Of a DNA stretch of 64,000 nucleotides, positions 8,833 to 18,577 are shown in pieces. The stretch comes from a virus: positions 216,236-280,235 of the IMG/VR virus record IMGVR_UViG_3300028029_000006. The stretch is one strand, 5' to 3'. Position numbers and translations under genes: made by a program. Position 1 is the first letter of the stretch. Each line of letters begins with the position of its first letter. The notes under the pieces were generated by a model, which made no database searches, had not been told where the DNA came from, and was given only the letters and a program-made list of their open reading frames with translations.

Positions 8833-9120
8833 ATGAAGAGTATAATGACAGAAGACTGGCTTGGTGTTGAAATTTGGCGGTTACCAAATGGTTTAATTCA
8901 TCGAGAAGATGCCGTTGCCGGCAACGATATCATCTTATGGTGATAAGACTTGGCAAGAAAACGGAAAACTTCATCGGTTGCATGGGGCAGCTCTTATATA
9001 TATACAGAGAGAAGTTATGATAACAAAGTTTTTATTGCTGCCATTAAGCAATGGTATCTTGAAGGTGTGGAGTATACAGAAGAAGAGCACAGAGAAAAAG
9101 TTAAGCAGCTATTGAATTAG
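8833..9120 (+). pseudogene. Frameshifted beta-hairpin repeat gene
   Basis: WRLPNGLIHRED, LPA...NGKLHRLHGAA and KQWYLEGVEYTEEE lie in successively shifted frames. Confidence 0.75.
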
Positions 9121-9136
9121 AAAATACAAGTAAGCT

Positions 9137-9210
9137 ACCTCCATAGCTCAGTTGGATAGAGCAAATCTCTTCTAAAGATAAGGTCATCCGTTCGAATCGG
9201 ATTGGAGGTG
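9137..9210 (+). tRNA. tRNA-Arg(UCU)
   Basis: ACCTCCA/TGGAGGT acceptor; loop CTTCTAA; T-arm ATCCG-TTCGAAT-CGGAT. Confidence 0.92.
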
Positions 9211-9212
9211 CT

Positions 9213-9357
9213 GAGAAAAATGTTACCAGTTAGCCCCAGCTGGTTTTCGCGATAAGTTCGCAACTTATCAGAGAATACAATAGATACCTGCTTTTGAAGA
9301 CGTTCTTTAGCAAACTGTCAGAGTTATATGGGTCTGTCTACGAAAATATTTTTCTCT
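9213..9357 (+). ncRNA. Putative multi-branched structured RNA
   Basis: Closing helix GAGAAAAATGTT/AATATTTTTCTC; internal helices ACCAG/CTGGT, GATAAGTT/AACTTATC and TAGATA/TGTCTA; no ORF. Confidence 0.45.
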
Positions 9358-9386
9358 TTTATTTTAAGGTAGTTAGTAACTATCTT

Positions 9387-9415
9387 GGATCTATAGCACA
9401 ACGGTAGTGCAGAGG
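9387..9415 (+). pseudogene. 5' half of a tRNA gene
   Basis: GGATCTA-TA-GCAC-AACGGTA-GTGC-A-GAGG; no matching T-arm or TAGATCC strand follows. Confidence 0.6.
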
Positions 9416-9444
9416 TTCCTGAGCATTCGGAAATAAAAAGGCTT
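9416..9444 (+). ncRNA. Small H-type pseudoknot motif, copy 2
   Basis: TTCC/GGAA stem; loop GAGC pairs with GCTT after an A-run; same layout as 5909. Confidence 0.4.
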
Positions 9445-9506
9445 ATCTTTAATCCCTAAAAGTTTAACTAGGTTAAAAGCATGATATATATATATATATT
9501 TATGCT

Positions 9507-9941
9507 ATGAAAAAATGTTGTACTTGCCAAACAGAAAGGAATAAAAAGGATTTTAATAAGAATAAGGCAAAATCAGATGGCCTTAATAGTATTTGTCGAG
9601 CATGTTCGCAAGCGAGAAGTAGGCTCTATTATAGAGAGAATCGCAAGAAACACCTAGCAGTTGTCACAAGAAAAAATAAAAAACGAAGAAAAGAAGTGCA
9701 CCAATTTATCGTTGAGTATTTACAGTTGCACCCATGTGTTGATTGTGGCGAAGGTAATCCGGTGGTTCTTGAATTCGATCATATTAAAGGAGATAAAAAG
9801 GATGCTGTATCGTCTCTCATACAAAGACGATGCAGCATTAATACAATTAAATCTGAAATAGATAAATGCGAAATAAGGTGTGCCAATTGTCATCGAAAGA
9901 AAACAGCTGTTGATTTCAATTGGTATAAACTGGGTTCATAG
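9507..9941 (+). CDS. HNH endonuclease (free-standing, tRNA-associated)
   Basis: N-terminal CxxC..CxxC; CVDCG...LEFDH...CEIRCANCHRKKT. The stop codon lies inside tRNA-Lys. Confidence 0.88.
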   Translation: MKKCCTCQTERNKKDFNKNKAKSDGLNSICRACSQARSRLYYRENRKKHLAVVTRKNKKRRKEVHQFIVEYLQLHPCVDCGEGNPVVLEFDHIKGDKKDAVSSLIQRRCSINTIKSEIDKCEIRCANCHRKKTAVDFNWYKLGS

Positions 9942-10005
9942 CCAAGTATGGTAAGGCAGCGGACTTTTAATCCGAAGAGCGGGGGTTCAAATCCCTCTGA
10001 ACCCA
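9932..10005 (+). tRNA. tRNA-Lys(UUU)
   Basis: GGGTTCA/TGAACCC acceptor; GCGGA-CTTTTAA-TCCGA; T-arm GGGGG-TTCAAAT-CCCTC. Confidence 0.92.
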
Positions 10006-10021
10006 CTGAATTAATATTGTT

Positions 10022-10373
10022 ATGAAAAAAGTAATGACACTAGATAAGTACGGTAATGAAATTTGGGTAATACCCACAAAAGATAAGTTTTGGAGATTAC
10101 CTAATGGAGATTTACACAGAGAAAACGATTTACAGGCTGTTGAATGTGAAAATGGAGACAAGTGAATGGTGGGTTAATGATTTACGTCATAGAGAGAATA
10201 ATAAACCGGCTGTTGAATGGGGAGATGGAAGAAAATCTTGGTATGTTAATGGTTTAAGCCATAGAACTAATGGCCCAGCATTTGAAAATGCAAGTGGTCA
10301 TAAATCGTGGCATCTTGAAGGTGTAGAATATTCTGAAGAAGAGTATAATAAGAAAGTAAAAGATTATGTTTGA
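10022..10373 (+). pseudogene. Beta-hairpin repeat gene with a frameshift near 10162
   Basis: MKKVMTLDKYG...LHRENDLQAVECENGDK continues as EWWVNDLRHRENNKPA in a shifted frame. Confidence 0.75.
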
Positions 10374-10473
10374 ATTTATTGGTAAGGTAATTGTTGGGTT
10401 AGTTCTTTTTGGAGTTTTGCTTTTTCACACTTCATTGGGAGGTTGGTCTGTATTGGGTTTTGCAGTACCATTT

Positions 10474-10536
10474 TTGATGGGCAAGTAGAGTTTGATTAAG
10501 ATTGATGGGCAAGTAGAGTTTGATTAAGATTGATGG
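10474..10536. repeat. Perfect 28-bp tandem duplication
   Basis: TTGATGGGCAAGTAGAGTTTGATTAAGA twice, then TTGATGG. Confidence 0.9.
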
Positions 10537-10539
10537 TTA

Positions 10540-10851
10540 TTGAAAGAAGTGATTACTATGAAAGCATTTAATGAGTGGTGGGATATTAATATTCAGAATT
10601 ATTTATGCCTTGAATCGGAGGCTATGGCGACTTGGGAAGGTGGAGAAACCAGTGGCCGTAATTTTATTCTTGAATCATTTAAGATTCCAAAAAAAGTGCT
10701 CGTTGAAAAAATACCATTCGATAATTCTAAGTTTCTAGTCCTCATTGTTAATCCTAAAAAGGAAGGTATTAATATTAGTATTAACGCATTTACCATATGG
10801 TGTGACAATGAAGCAAAAGCTAACGATATTGCTGAAGCCTTTAATTCGTAG
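10540..10851 (+). CDS. Hypothetical protein
   Basis: 103-aa ORF; start uncertain. Confidence 0.65.
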   Translation: MKEVITMKAFNEWWDINIQNYLCLESEAMATWEGGETSGRNFILESFKIPKKVLVEKIPFDNSKFLVLIVNPKKEGINISINAFTIWCDNEAKANDIAEAFNS

Positions 10852-11315
10852 ATAATTAGTTTTGATAGTTATAAATAAAACAAAAAGGAAATATTATGGA
10901 TGATATTCACAAAGATGAATGTTGCGATTGTGTAAGTTACTGTATCTGTTCTGTTAATGCAGAGCGAAGAAAACGAAGATTGCAAGAAGGTAGAGATTTT
11001 AACTTGAAATATATGTGTGAACATAATAGTCCACCCCGAATGCATAGAGCTGATTTTCCCGCAATTCTTCAGAAGACTATAAAACATGGATAATTAGGAA
11101 ATATTATGGATAATTAGGAGATTATGGTTGCGGTTGTTTTCATTACGACTCGTGTTATTGTGCAGACAAATACGAACGAAGAGAACAATATATAATAAGT
11201 TATATTTTAAAAATGAAAGGGCATTATTTAAAAATAAGGCATAAATATCCTGAAATGTATGTCTTTAATATGCTTTATGAAGATGAATAATATATGGATA
11301 AGATATGGATAAGAT

Positions 11316-11705
11316 ATGAATAGAATTAAGTCAATTAAAGAAGTGTTTGGTGATGAAGGCCCTTATGATGGTTTCATTATTGAAACGGAAGATGAAACTA
11401 TTAAGTTACTGATTAGCAATGGGTATAATTGCTGTGAAGAGTGGGGTTACTTCTTATCAGAAGATGATGTTAATAGTTTTATTGGCAGTGTGATTCTATC
11501 AATATCGCTAACAGATAGCGGTTTAGTTACTAAGAAATTAGAATCTTTAGAAGAGAAATTGAATGAGCCTTTAAGTGTAATGTTTGTTACCATTGAGACG
11601 AATAGCGGCACTTTGCAATTTACAGCTTACAATAGCCACAATGGTTATTACGCACATGAGGGTTGTGTTATTAGTAGAGAATTAAATCATAAAGAAAATC
11701 TATGA
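11316..11705 (+). CDS. Hypothetical phage protein
   Basis: NCCE.WGY and AYNSHNGYYAH motifs; acidic. Confidence 0.8.
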   Translation: MNRIKSIKEVFGDEGPYDGFIIETEDETIKLLISNGYNCCEEWGYFLSEDDVNSFIGSVILSISLTDSGLVTKKLESLEEKLNEPLSVMFVTIETNSGTLQFTAYNSHNGYYAHEGCVISRELNHKENL

Positions 11706-11956
11706 AAATCACAAACAAAAAGTATCCTAATTATGATGGTCATCAATGTGTTATTGTAGATGATAAAAACAAACTTGACATTACTGATTGTGATGAAATT
11801 CCTATCATGCTTAAGGATAAGTTTAAGATATCAGTTATGGGTACTGATCAGCTTGGAATGAGTCGCCCTTTTTATAAGTCAGTTATTATCTTAAATAAAG
11901 AAGACGCTTTGGTATTGGCCGGGTTGTTGGTTGATTTTTGTATTAAAGGTAAATGA
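11702..11956 (+). CDS. Hypothetical protein
   Basis: ATGA-coupled ORF. Confidence 0.7.
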   Translation: MKITNKKYPNYDGHQCVIVDDKNKLDITDCDEIPIMLKDKFKISVMGTDQLGMSRPFYKSVIILNKEDALVLAGLLVDFCIKGK

Positions 11957-11957
11957 A

Positions 11958-12278
11958 ATGAGTATAAGGTCTGATTTTGGTTTTGCTTTCAAGAGTCATC
12001 TTTTAGAGGTGATGCAAAGCAAAGAGATTTATAATTTTTTGTTTGATTTTGCTGATGAAACGCATTGTCATGTAGAAGGAACGTTGTTTGTATTTCGCAG
12101 CTCAAAAAATTGGGCGGATTCTTATCCTGAGTATGATTTACTTCAGTTGAAAGATGATGATTACTTGATTATACAGGCGTGTGACGAATATCCTTCATCC
12201 CTAAAAGGAGATAGGGGTGATTGGCATGATAATCCTTGGGGATTGGGGCGTTATGTTTCAGTTAGTTTAGGTGTGTAA
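11958..12278 (+). CDS. Hypothetical protein
   Basis: Likely start MSIRSD within ORF-track 11931..12278. Confidence 0.7.
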   Translation: MSIRSDFGFAFKSHLLEVMQSKEIYNFLFDFADETHCHVEGTLFVFRSSKNWADSYPEYDLLQLKDDDYLIIQACDEYPSSLKGDRGDWHDNPWGLGRYVSVSLGV

Positions 12279-12290
12279 TAAAAGGTAAGT

Positions 12291-12611
12291 ATGAAATTAT
12301 CAGAACTAAGAGAAGTTAGGAACAAGTTAATTGCAAAAGGGTTGCTACTACATAAAGTATCTTCTGATATTCGTTTTCGATTGAAAACAAGGGAAGATGA
12401 TTTTGTTAAGTTGGTTAATTCTCCTAAATTCAAGACATCTAATAAAAAAGCTGCTTTAAGGATTTTGAAAATGTTTGATGAACTCGGGGGTGAGTTTATT
12501 ATTGCTGGCAATTTAGTATATCGATTATTAGATGAAGGTGGTTTTAATGATTTGTTAGATGATTGTGAAGTTATTCCTACTGATGAAGAAAAAAGAGAAA
12601 TCCTAGGATAG
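12291..12611 (+). CDS. Hypothetical protein
   Basis: 106-aa ORF with AAGG RBS. Confidence 0.7.
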   Translation: MKLSELREVRNKLIAKGLLLHKVSSDIRFRLKTREDDFVKLVNSPKFKTSNKKAALRILKMFDELGGEFIIAGNLVYRLLDEGGFNDLLDDCEVIPTDEEKREILG

Positions 12612-12616
12612 ATAAA

Positions 12617-12877
12617 ATGAGTTGGTATAAATGTAAAGCATCTAATTCGAAAGTTATTTTATCATTCATATGGGATCATGATAAGAATGATGTAGAGTTT
12701 TTTGAGGATTCATTGGTTTTCATTGAGGATACTTATGGGGATTTATTGGATGCTCGCATCTTTACTTGTGAAGATGATGTTAAAGTTTTGCAAGTTGAGA
12801 CTATCAAACATTCTTCTGAAGAAGAAGTTCATGAGTTTAAGATGATTGAAGTTATTGATTTAGCAAATAGGATTTAA
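12617..12877 (+). CDS. Hypothetical protein, paralog of 2776..3126
   Basis: Shared N-terminal pattern. Confidence 0.75.
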   Translation: MSWYKCKASNSKVILSFIWDHDKNDVEFFEDSLVFIEDTYGDLLDARIFTCEDDVKVLQVETIKHSSEEEVHEFKMIEVIDLANRI

Positions 12878-13005
12878 GATGAGTTTAGAGGCTTTAGAGG
12901 GGTTTGGTTTTGAAATTAAGAATGGTTATTACAGGTATTTGTTTTATGATGATAAGCAGAGACACTGATTGATAAATAGATTCTTACCTTAATAGGTAAG
13001 AGTTT

Positions 13006-13078
13006 GGCCATGTATTCCAACGGCAGAGAAAGTCGGCTTAAAACCGATCCAGTGTGGGTTCGACTCCCACCATGGCTA
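13006..13078 (+). tRNA. tRNA-Leu(UAA), short variable loop
   Basis: GGCCATG/CATGGCT acceptor; GTCGG-CTTAAAA-CCGAT; 5-nt variable loop; T-arm GTGGG-TTCGACT-CCCAC. Confidence 0.88.
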
Positions 13079-13118
13079 CAAAAACAATTTAAAAGAAATA
13101 TAAATAAACAGATCTAAA

Positions 13119-13562
13119 ATGAAAAAAGATGGAGAATCAATGACACCTTTAGAAAAATTAATAGAAAGCAATAAAGAAGATTTTTCAACATCAAATTCTG
13201 GTTGGAGAGCTTTATTGTCTACATGGGATTGGCATACAGTAATAATAAACCTTTATCAAGGTTGGGATCATCCTATCGATGACACCAAAGATGTATCTTT
13301 TGTTATGTTTGAGCATACAGATTCAAATAAATCAAAAGAGATGGCTGGTAGTTTTGATGATATTGCAACTGGTTTGTTTTATTATCGAGATTGGACTCGT
13401 TCTGGTTTGCCATTTACATCAGAAGATGGCGTTTTTTGGTCTGGTTTTTGGTTTCAAAAATTATCTGAAGCTAAAATATTTCATGATATTAATGGTGGAA
13501 TTGTTAATTGGGAAAATGATTTTGAAGAGAAGCGTTTGGCAATGGTTGAAATGGGGTTTTAG
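13119..13562 (+). CDS. Hypothetical protein
   Basis: 147 aa; its TAG stop is inside the following tRNA. Confidence 0.75.
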   Translation: MKKDGESMTPLEKLIESNKEDFSTSNSGWRALLSTWDWHTVIINLYQGWDHPIDDTKDVSFVMFEHTDSNKSKEMAGSFDDIATGLFYYRDWTRSGLPFTSEDGVFWSGFWFQKLSEAKIFHDINGGIVNWENDFEEKRLAMVEMGF

Positions 13563-13629
13563 CTCAATTGGTTAGAGCACCTAGCTCATAACTAGGATGT
13601 TTCGGGTTCGAACCCCGAAGACCCTACCA
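13553..13629 (+). tRNA. tRNA with CAU anticodon (probably Ile2; Met not excluded)
   Basis: GGGGTTT/AGACCCT acceptor; CCTAG-CTCATAA-CTAGG; T-arm TCGGG-TTCGAAC-CCCGA; encoded CCA. Confidence 0.9.
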
Positions 13630-13640
13630 AGAAGGAAAAT

Positions 13641-13991
13641 ATGAACTTAACTAAAGATGAAGTTTTTGCCAAAGCGGCAGATGGAATATTAAAACAGGGA
13701 GTAATCTCCGCAGGAGAAGATGGTTGCTGCTTTAAATACAGAAGCAATGGATTAAAATGCACAATAGGTTTCTTAATTGATGATGAACAATATAACTCTG
13801 ATTTAGAGGGACAAGATACAAATTCTACTCAAGTAAAAAGAGCGTTAATGAAGTCTGGAGTTGTAGAATGGGATTTGGTTGATGATCTTCAATGGTTACA
13901 TGATAATGTGGTCCCAGAAAATTGGTTAAGTCTTTTAGTTAAACTTGCTGAGCATCATAAGATTAAATGGAAACCAAAGAATGATATTTGA
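13641..13991 (+). CDS. Hypothetical protein, paralog of 38023..38475
   Basis: V..A...LKQG...CxxG...LQxxHD...W pattern. Confidence 0.8.
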   Translation: MNLTKDEVFAKAADGILKQGVISAGEDGCCFKYRSNGLKCTIGFLIDDEQYNSDLEGQDTNSTQVKRALMKSGVVEWDLVDDLQWLHDNVVPENWLSLLVKLAEHHKIKWKPKNDI

Positions 13992-14337
13992 TTTAAAAGT
14001 TGGCGATAAAGTTCGTGTAGTAATAATAAATTCAAATTATGTAGATGTAACATTTGAGTTTAATACATCTGTTATTGATATAGATTTAACAGATTCAACC
14101 GTTCAGGTTAAAGTTAGTGAAGAGGCGAAAATTAAAGGTTTTCTGTTTGATTCTTGGTGGGTATACGTAAACTCCTCAGCTAATTTAATTAAAGGTATGG
14201 GTAAAGTCTTAAGTAGAATTGAAGATGATGTAATTGAAGTTAAAGATAAAAAGAATTTCAGTCCATTAATGAATGATCCATATGGCAAAGGTCCAGAAGG
14301 TGAGACAATGGGGCCATCTGGATTGACGTTTCTTTAA
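13981..14337 (+). CDS. Hypothetical protein
   Basis: Likely start MIFDLKVGDKVRV (KOW/SH3-like start). Confidence 0.7.
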   Translation: MIFDLKVGDKVRVVIINSNYVDVTFEFNTSVIDIDLTDSTVQVKVSEEAKIKGFLFDSWWVYVNSSANLIKGMGKVLSRIEDDVIEVKDKKNFSPLMNDPYGKGPEGETMGPSGLTFL

Positions 14338-14816
14338 GGCAGAAATGAAAATAATTAAAAAGTTAATTATGATTTTATTTTATATTAGCATAATTTTAGG
14401 ATGTGTTGTAGGAATTATTACTTAGCTTGTCTTAGCTAATGTAAGTTTTTAAAAGGAAAAGTTTAGATATGAAATCAGATGATGCTATTGATTTAATTGT
14501 AATAATTTTTTATATTTGTTTCTTGTTTTTGCTTTGTTATGTTGGGGTAACCCATTTTGGTTTAGCTATAGGTCGTGCGGTTGGAATTAGTGCTTGGTTA
14601 ATTCTTATTAAACTCAAGATCTTATGAAGATTGATTTCGAAAATCCAGATGATATTATTTATGAACTGAATAAGCTCATTGATAGATTAAATCATCCTGA
14701 GTTATGTGTTGGCACAACAAGTTTATCTACATCGAACTTGATTAAGTGGAGTAGAATTAAGAAACGGTTTGATGATTTGGTGCTGTTGTTGGAGAATGAT
14801 TTAAAGGATAAGTGAT

Positions 14817-15500
14817 ATGGGTTATGATACGTTGGCTTTAAATGAAAAAGGTGAGAGCGTTAATGGTATTTACGTTTCCCCTTATGGTATTGAGGTAGAA
14901 TTTTATAAAAATTGGATCTACATTCGAGACGAGAAAGGTCATGATGAAGATGTTTCTTTTTCCAACAATGTTGTAATGGAGTTTCACGAAGGTCTTATTA
15001 CATACAAAGATACTAATATTGTTTCTGTTAGAGGTCCACAGAATAGTATTTGTGCAGTAATCTGGTCTGGGTATGGTAAAGATGTTACTGGAATGATTGG
15101 TGTTAGTTGTTATGGATATGATAAAGATAAATGGGTTGGGGTTAACGAAGATACTATCAACCATCTAAAAAATGAATTTCTTCTAAAAACTGTTAGAAAA
15201 CGGTTTGCTGTATGTTCATCAGCAAAAACTTTCATTAAAGAGATGAATGAGCATGATAGGAAATATCTTTTTCTTGAAGCTAAAGCAATCAATGGTAATA
15301 CTTTTAATTATGGTCAGTTTAAATATGATTTACCTGAAGAGTTTCGTTACATTGATTTTAATGATGGCTTAAGGTTTAACCAAGGCGACAAGTTTTTCTC
15401 TGACAAGTATGGTATCGATTTGAATTGTACATTGGTTGGTGAATCTAATAAACCTGTGATTGAAGGGTTAATTGAAGGGTTAATTAAAGGAATGAAATGA
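14817..15500 (+). CDS. Hypothetical protein
   Basis: 227-aa ORF. Confidence 0.85.
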   Translation: MGYDTLALNEKGESVNGIYVSPYGIEVEFYKNWIYIRDEKGHDEDVSFSNNVVMEFHEGLITYKDTNIVSVRGPQNSICAVIWSGYGKDVTGMIGVSCYGYDKDKWVGVNEDTINHLKNEFLLKTVRKRFAVCSSAKTFIKEMNEHDRKYLFLEAKAINGNTFNYGQFKYDLPEEFRYIDFNDGLRFNQGDKFFSDKYGIDLNCTLVGESNKPVIEGLIEGLIKGMK

Positions 15501-15955
15501 TTGAATATAAAGTAGAAGTATATGAAGGTGGCGAAGTTAATTGGTATCTAAATGATCTGTCTCATAGAGGAGGAGATTTACCAGCCATTGTCCGACCAGA
15601 TGGTCATAAAGAGTGGTGGCTGAATGGTAAACTTCATAGAGATAATGATAAACCTGCTATCATTCACTCAAATGGTAATAAAGAGTGGTATGTAAATGAT
15701 TTGCGTCATAGAAATAACAATTTACCAGCTAATGAACGGACAGACGGATCTAGATTTTGGTATGTGAATGACAAGCTTCATAGAACAGCTGGTCCAGCTT
15801 GTGAGTTTTCAGATGGTCGTAAATCTTGGTTCCTTAAAGGTGTAAAATATTCAGAAGAAGCGTACAACAAGAAAATGAATCTTAATCAAAATTCTTATGA
15901 TGGTAAGATGGTTGAAGTTGATGGTAAAAAATACAAACTAGAAGAGATAGCTTAA
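15497..15955 (+). CDS. Beta-hairpin repeat protein with GKMVEVDGKKYKL tail
   Basis: Four repeats plus the shared tail. Confidence 0.88.
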   Translation: MIEYKVEVYEGGEVNWYLNDLSHRGGDLPAIVRPDGHKEWWLNGKLHRDNDKPAIIHSNGNKEWYVNDLRHRNNNLPANERTDGSRFWYVNDKLHRTAGPACEFSDGRKSWFLKGVKYSEEAYNKKMNLNQNSYDGKMVEVDGKKYKLEEIA

Positions 15956-16200
15956 TTAATGAAAGCTAAAATTGAATCAAACTATGTAGCTCTTCAAGGA
16001 GTTGAGGAGTTACCAAATGATATTGGTGTTATCAAAGTATCTTGTGATGATGCTAATGATTACTTAACAAAACCTTCTGCTCTATCTTTTGGAGATAGGC
16101 TGTATGGCAAGACTGGTTGGAATAGTGATTTGTTTATCTGTTATTATAGAACTGATGCTTGTTTGGCAGAGAAGATTAAGTAATTAAGAAAACATAAATT

Positions 16201-16560
16201 ATGAATGATATAATTTGTTTCAGACAAAATAAGTTGGACATGCATTTTGCAGATGATAATCTTTGGATTTGTGATGGAAATTTAACTACATCTTTCTCTA
16301 TGAAAGAAGAAGAGCATCATAAATTTATTGCCCTCTTAAAAAGAGCGCTTAATGAACTTAAAGATGAGGATGATTATATAGATGTGCAAGGGGAAAAATC
16401 CCTTGCCGCAATTATAAATCAAACTGACAGTTATATGATAGAATTGTTTTTTGACAGAAACTTTATTAGTTTTCGTATTAAACATAAAAGAATGGAAGAA
16501 TTTGATGGTTTTATCAAAAAAGGTTTCAATCAAAAATTTAGCCCAGTTTATTTTTTTTAA
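16201..16560 (+). CDS. Hypothetical protein
   Basis: 119-aa ORF. Confidence 0.7.
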   Translation: MNDIICFRQNKLDMHFADDNLWICDGNLTTSFSMKEEEHHKFIALLKRALNELKDEDDYIDVQGEKSLAAIINQTDSYMIELFFDRNFISFRIKHKRMEEFDGFIKKGFNQKFSPVYFF

Positions 16561-17368
16561 AGAAAAACAGAATTATGAAAAGAAAAAATGTAAAGAAACA
16601 GAACAATATCACTTGGCAATCCGACATTGCCTCTTTGGATAAAGGTCACAAGATTAATTGTGAGAATCCTTTCAATAAGAAAATTAAAAAGTAAATGAAT
16701 AACTTCGATAAGTTAAACGAAGGGCAAAAGGCATACATTAAAACTATGCTAAGTTCTGAGAGTAATGATGCAGCAAAAGAGATTCTAAATGCATTTAGAT
16801 AAGAAAAATGCAGATTGGCATGTTAATTATAGACTAACACTTGGGGCTGTTACTAACACGGTTAAGTATCCTAATTTGGAAAAAGCTGTTAGTAGTATGG
16901 TGTTAATCAGACTTGCAGATGAAATCATTTATGATGTAGAAATTATTAAAACAGTAAACGGAAATCCAACCGTTGTTTATTCTGATGACGATTTAGATGA
17001 AGATTTGGAATTGTTTTACTCTTCAATTGAAGATAAAATTAAAGAAGATGAGCAATATGAGTAAGAATGATAAATGTAATAATTGTGGCTGTGATGATGC
17101 GTATGAATCATACCAAGGGGACATGTTTTGCGAAACATGTTTTGAATCTCAACAATCTTATAGGAAAAGTTCCCGAGGAATGATTGAATTGGAACATGAT
17201 ATGTCAGATTCTTATTATGATTATCCTGGTGATGATTGTGAGTATGACAATCCACAATTCCACATGTAGGAATTATGATTGAAGATTATCATTATGCAAC
17301 GATGTTTCTATCAATGGGATTGAGTTGTTTTATTATTGAACTAGTTAAGTTTCTTTAGAAAGATTAAA

Positions 17369-17710
17369 ATGACATTTGTAAAGGGTGAAGGACAGTTAAG
17401 GCATCAGTTTTTTGGACGATACTCTGCAAGAATCGCAATCGGATTCTCCGATATGAAATCAGCACTTAGTGCTATTGATTTTCTTGTTGGTAAGTGGGAA
17501 GCTATTGAGAATAATGGAAGAGTTGGGATTGTGTTTGAAGGTTCTGATCCTGAACTTAAGAAAGTATTAGATCAACTGGAAGAGTTTGGGGCCCCAAAGG
17601 AAAAAGTTTCTAGCCTCAAATATAGTGTTGATTATGGTGAAATTTTTGAGGTAACTATTCCTGTTACTGCTAAAGAACAAGAGAAATTATGGGGCAGAAT
17701 TCTGAAATAA
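17369..17710 (+). CDS. Hypothetical protein
   Basis: AGAAAG RBS; 113 aa. Confidence 0.75.
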   Translation: MTFVKGEGQLRHQFFGRYSARIAIGFSDMKSALSAIDFLVGKWEAIENNGRVGIVFEGSDPELKKVLDQLEEFGAPKEKVSSLKYSVDYGEIFEVTIPVTAKEQEKLWGRILK

Positions 17711-17953
17711 AAGCTGATGATATTCGTTATATGAAATCTTTTTATAAAAAATCTTGGAAAGAAGCGGAAAAAGTTTATATTTTTTGTGTGATTGGAAGCT
17801 GTATAATTTACAGTCTTTCAATCTATTTAGGTGCTAACTATATATACATTATGGTTGGCCAAGCAACCACCATTATAACATTAACTTATCTTTTTAGAAA
17901 AGAAACGAATCGTATAGTGAAATCTGAAATTAAATTCTTGGCGGAAGTAAAAA

Positions 17954-18577
17954 ATGGCACATTTAGATTCTAAAGAAGTTGATATCACTAAGCAAGATAT
18001 TGTAGATGCATTGAGACAACCAGCTAACTTTGCTTATTCTGGTCACAATGAAGACATGTTTCATACTTGGTCATTGGGACCAATTATTTTGAATCATGAT
18101 TCATGCCTTGTTGATGAATCTAATTATGATATGCTTGAGAAACATCTTGAATCTGATGAAAGTTTATCAGAAGAGTGGGCAATTACTAGGTGTTCATTTT
18201 GGGGTGATGGTTGGGTTGATCATATTAGTTTTCGAGCTATCGAAGATTTTAAAAATGATGATGACCCAAAGGTTCCAACGAGAATTTTCCGAGTGTTAAC
18301 AGAATGGTTTGATACATTAAAAGAATCTTTTATTCTCAATGAGATTGATTATAGTAACAAGATTTTTGAAGCTACAATTGAAAATATTGGTAACGTTGGT
18401 CTTTGTATGACCAAAGATGAGATTCCAGATGATTGGATTAGCAAATGTTATTCTTGGTTTGAATCTAATTGTCCTAATGAGATTGAGGACACAGATGGTT
18501 TCGGTGGTTATCCAAGCGATGATAAAATGAAAGAGTGTTTGGGTGAGTTGGGTTTTCTAGAAGAGGAAGGTTATTAA
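17954..18577 (+). CDS. Hypothetical acidic protein
   Basis: 207-aa ORF. Confidence 0.85.
   Translation: MAHLDSKEVDITKQDIVDALRQPANFAYSGHNEDMFHTWSLGPIILNHDSCLVDESNYDMLEKHLESDESLSEEWAITRCSFWGDGWVDHISFRAIEDFKNDDDPKVPTRIFRVLTEWFDTLKESFILNEIDYSNKIFEATIENIGNVGLCMTKDEIPDDWISKCYSWFESNCPNEIEDTDGFGGYPSDDKMKECLGELGFLEEEGY

Noticed and set aside
6842-9415. The tRNA halves at 9387 and 6842 as one split tRNA
   Set aside because: Acceptor strands GGATCTA and CCTGACT are not complementary.
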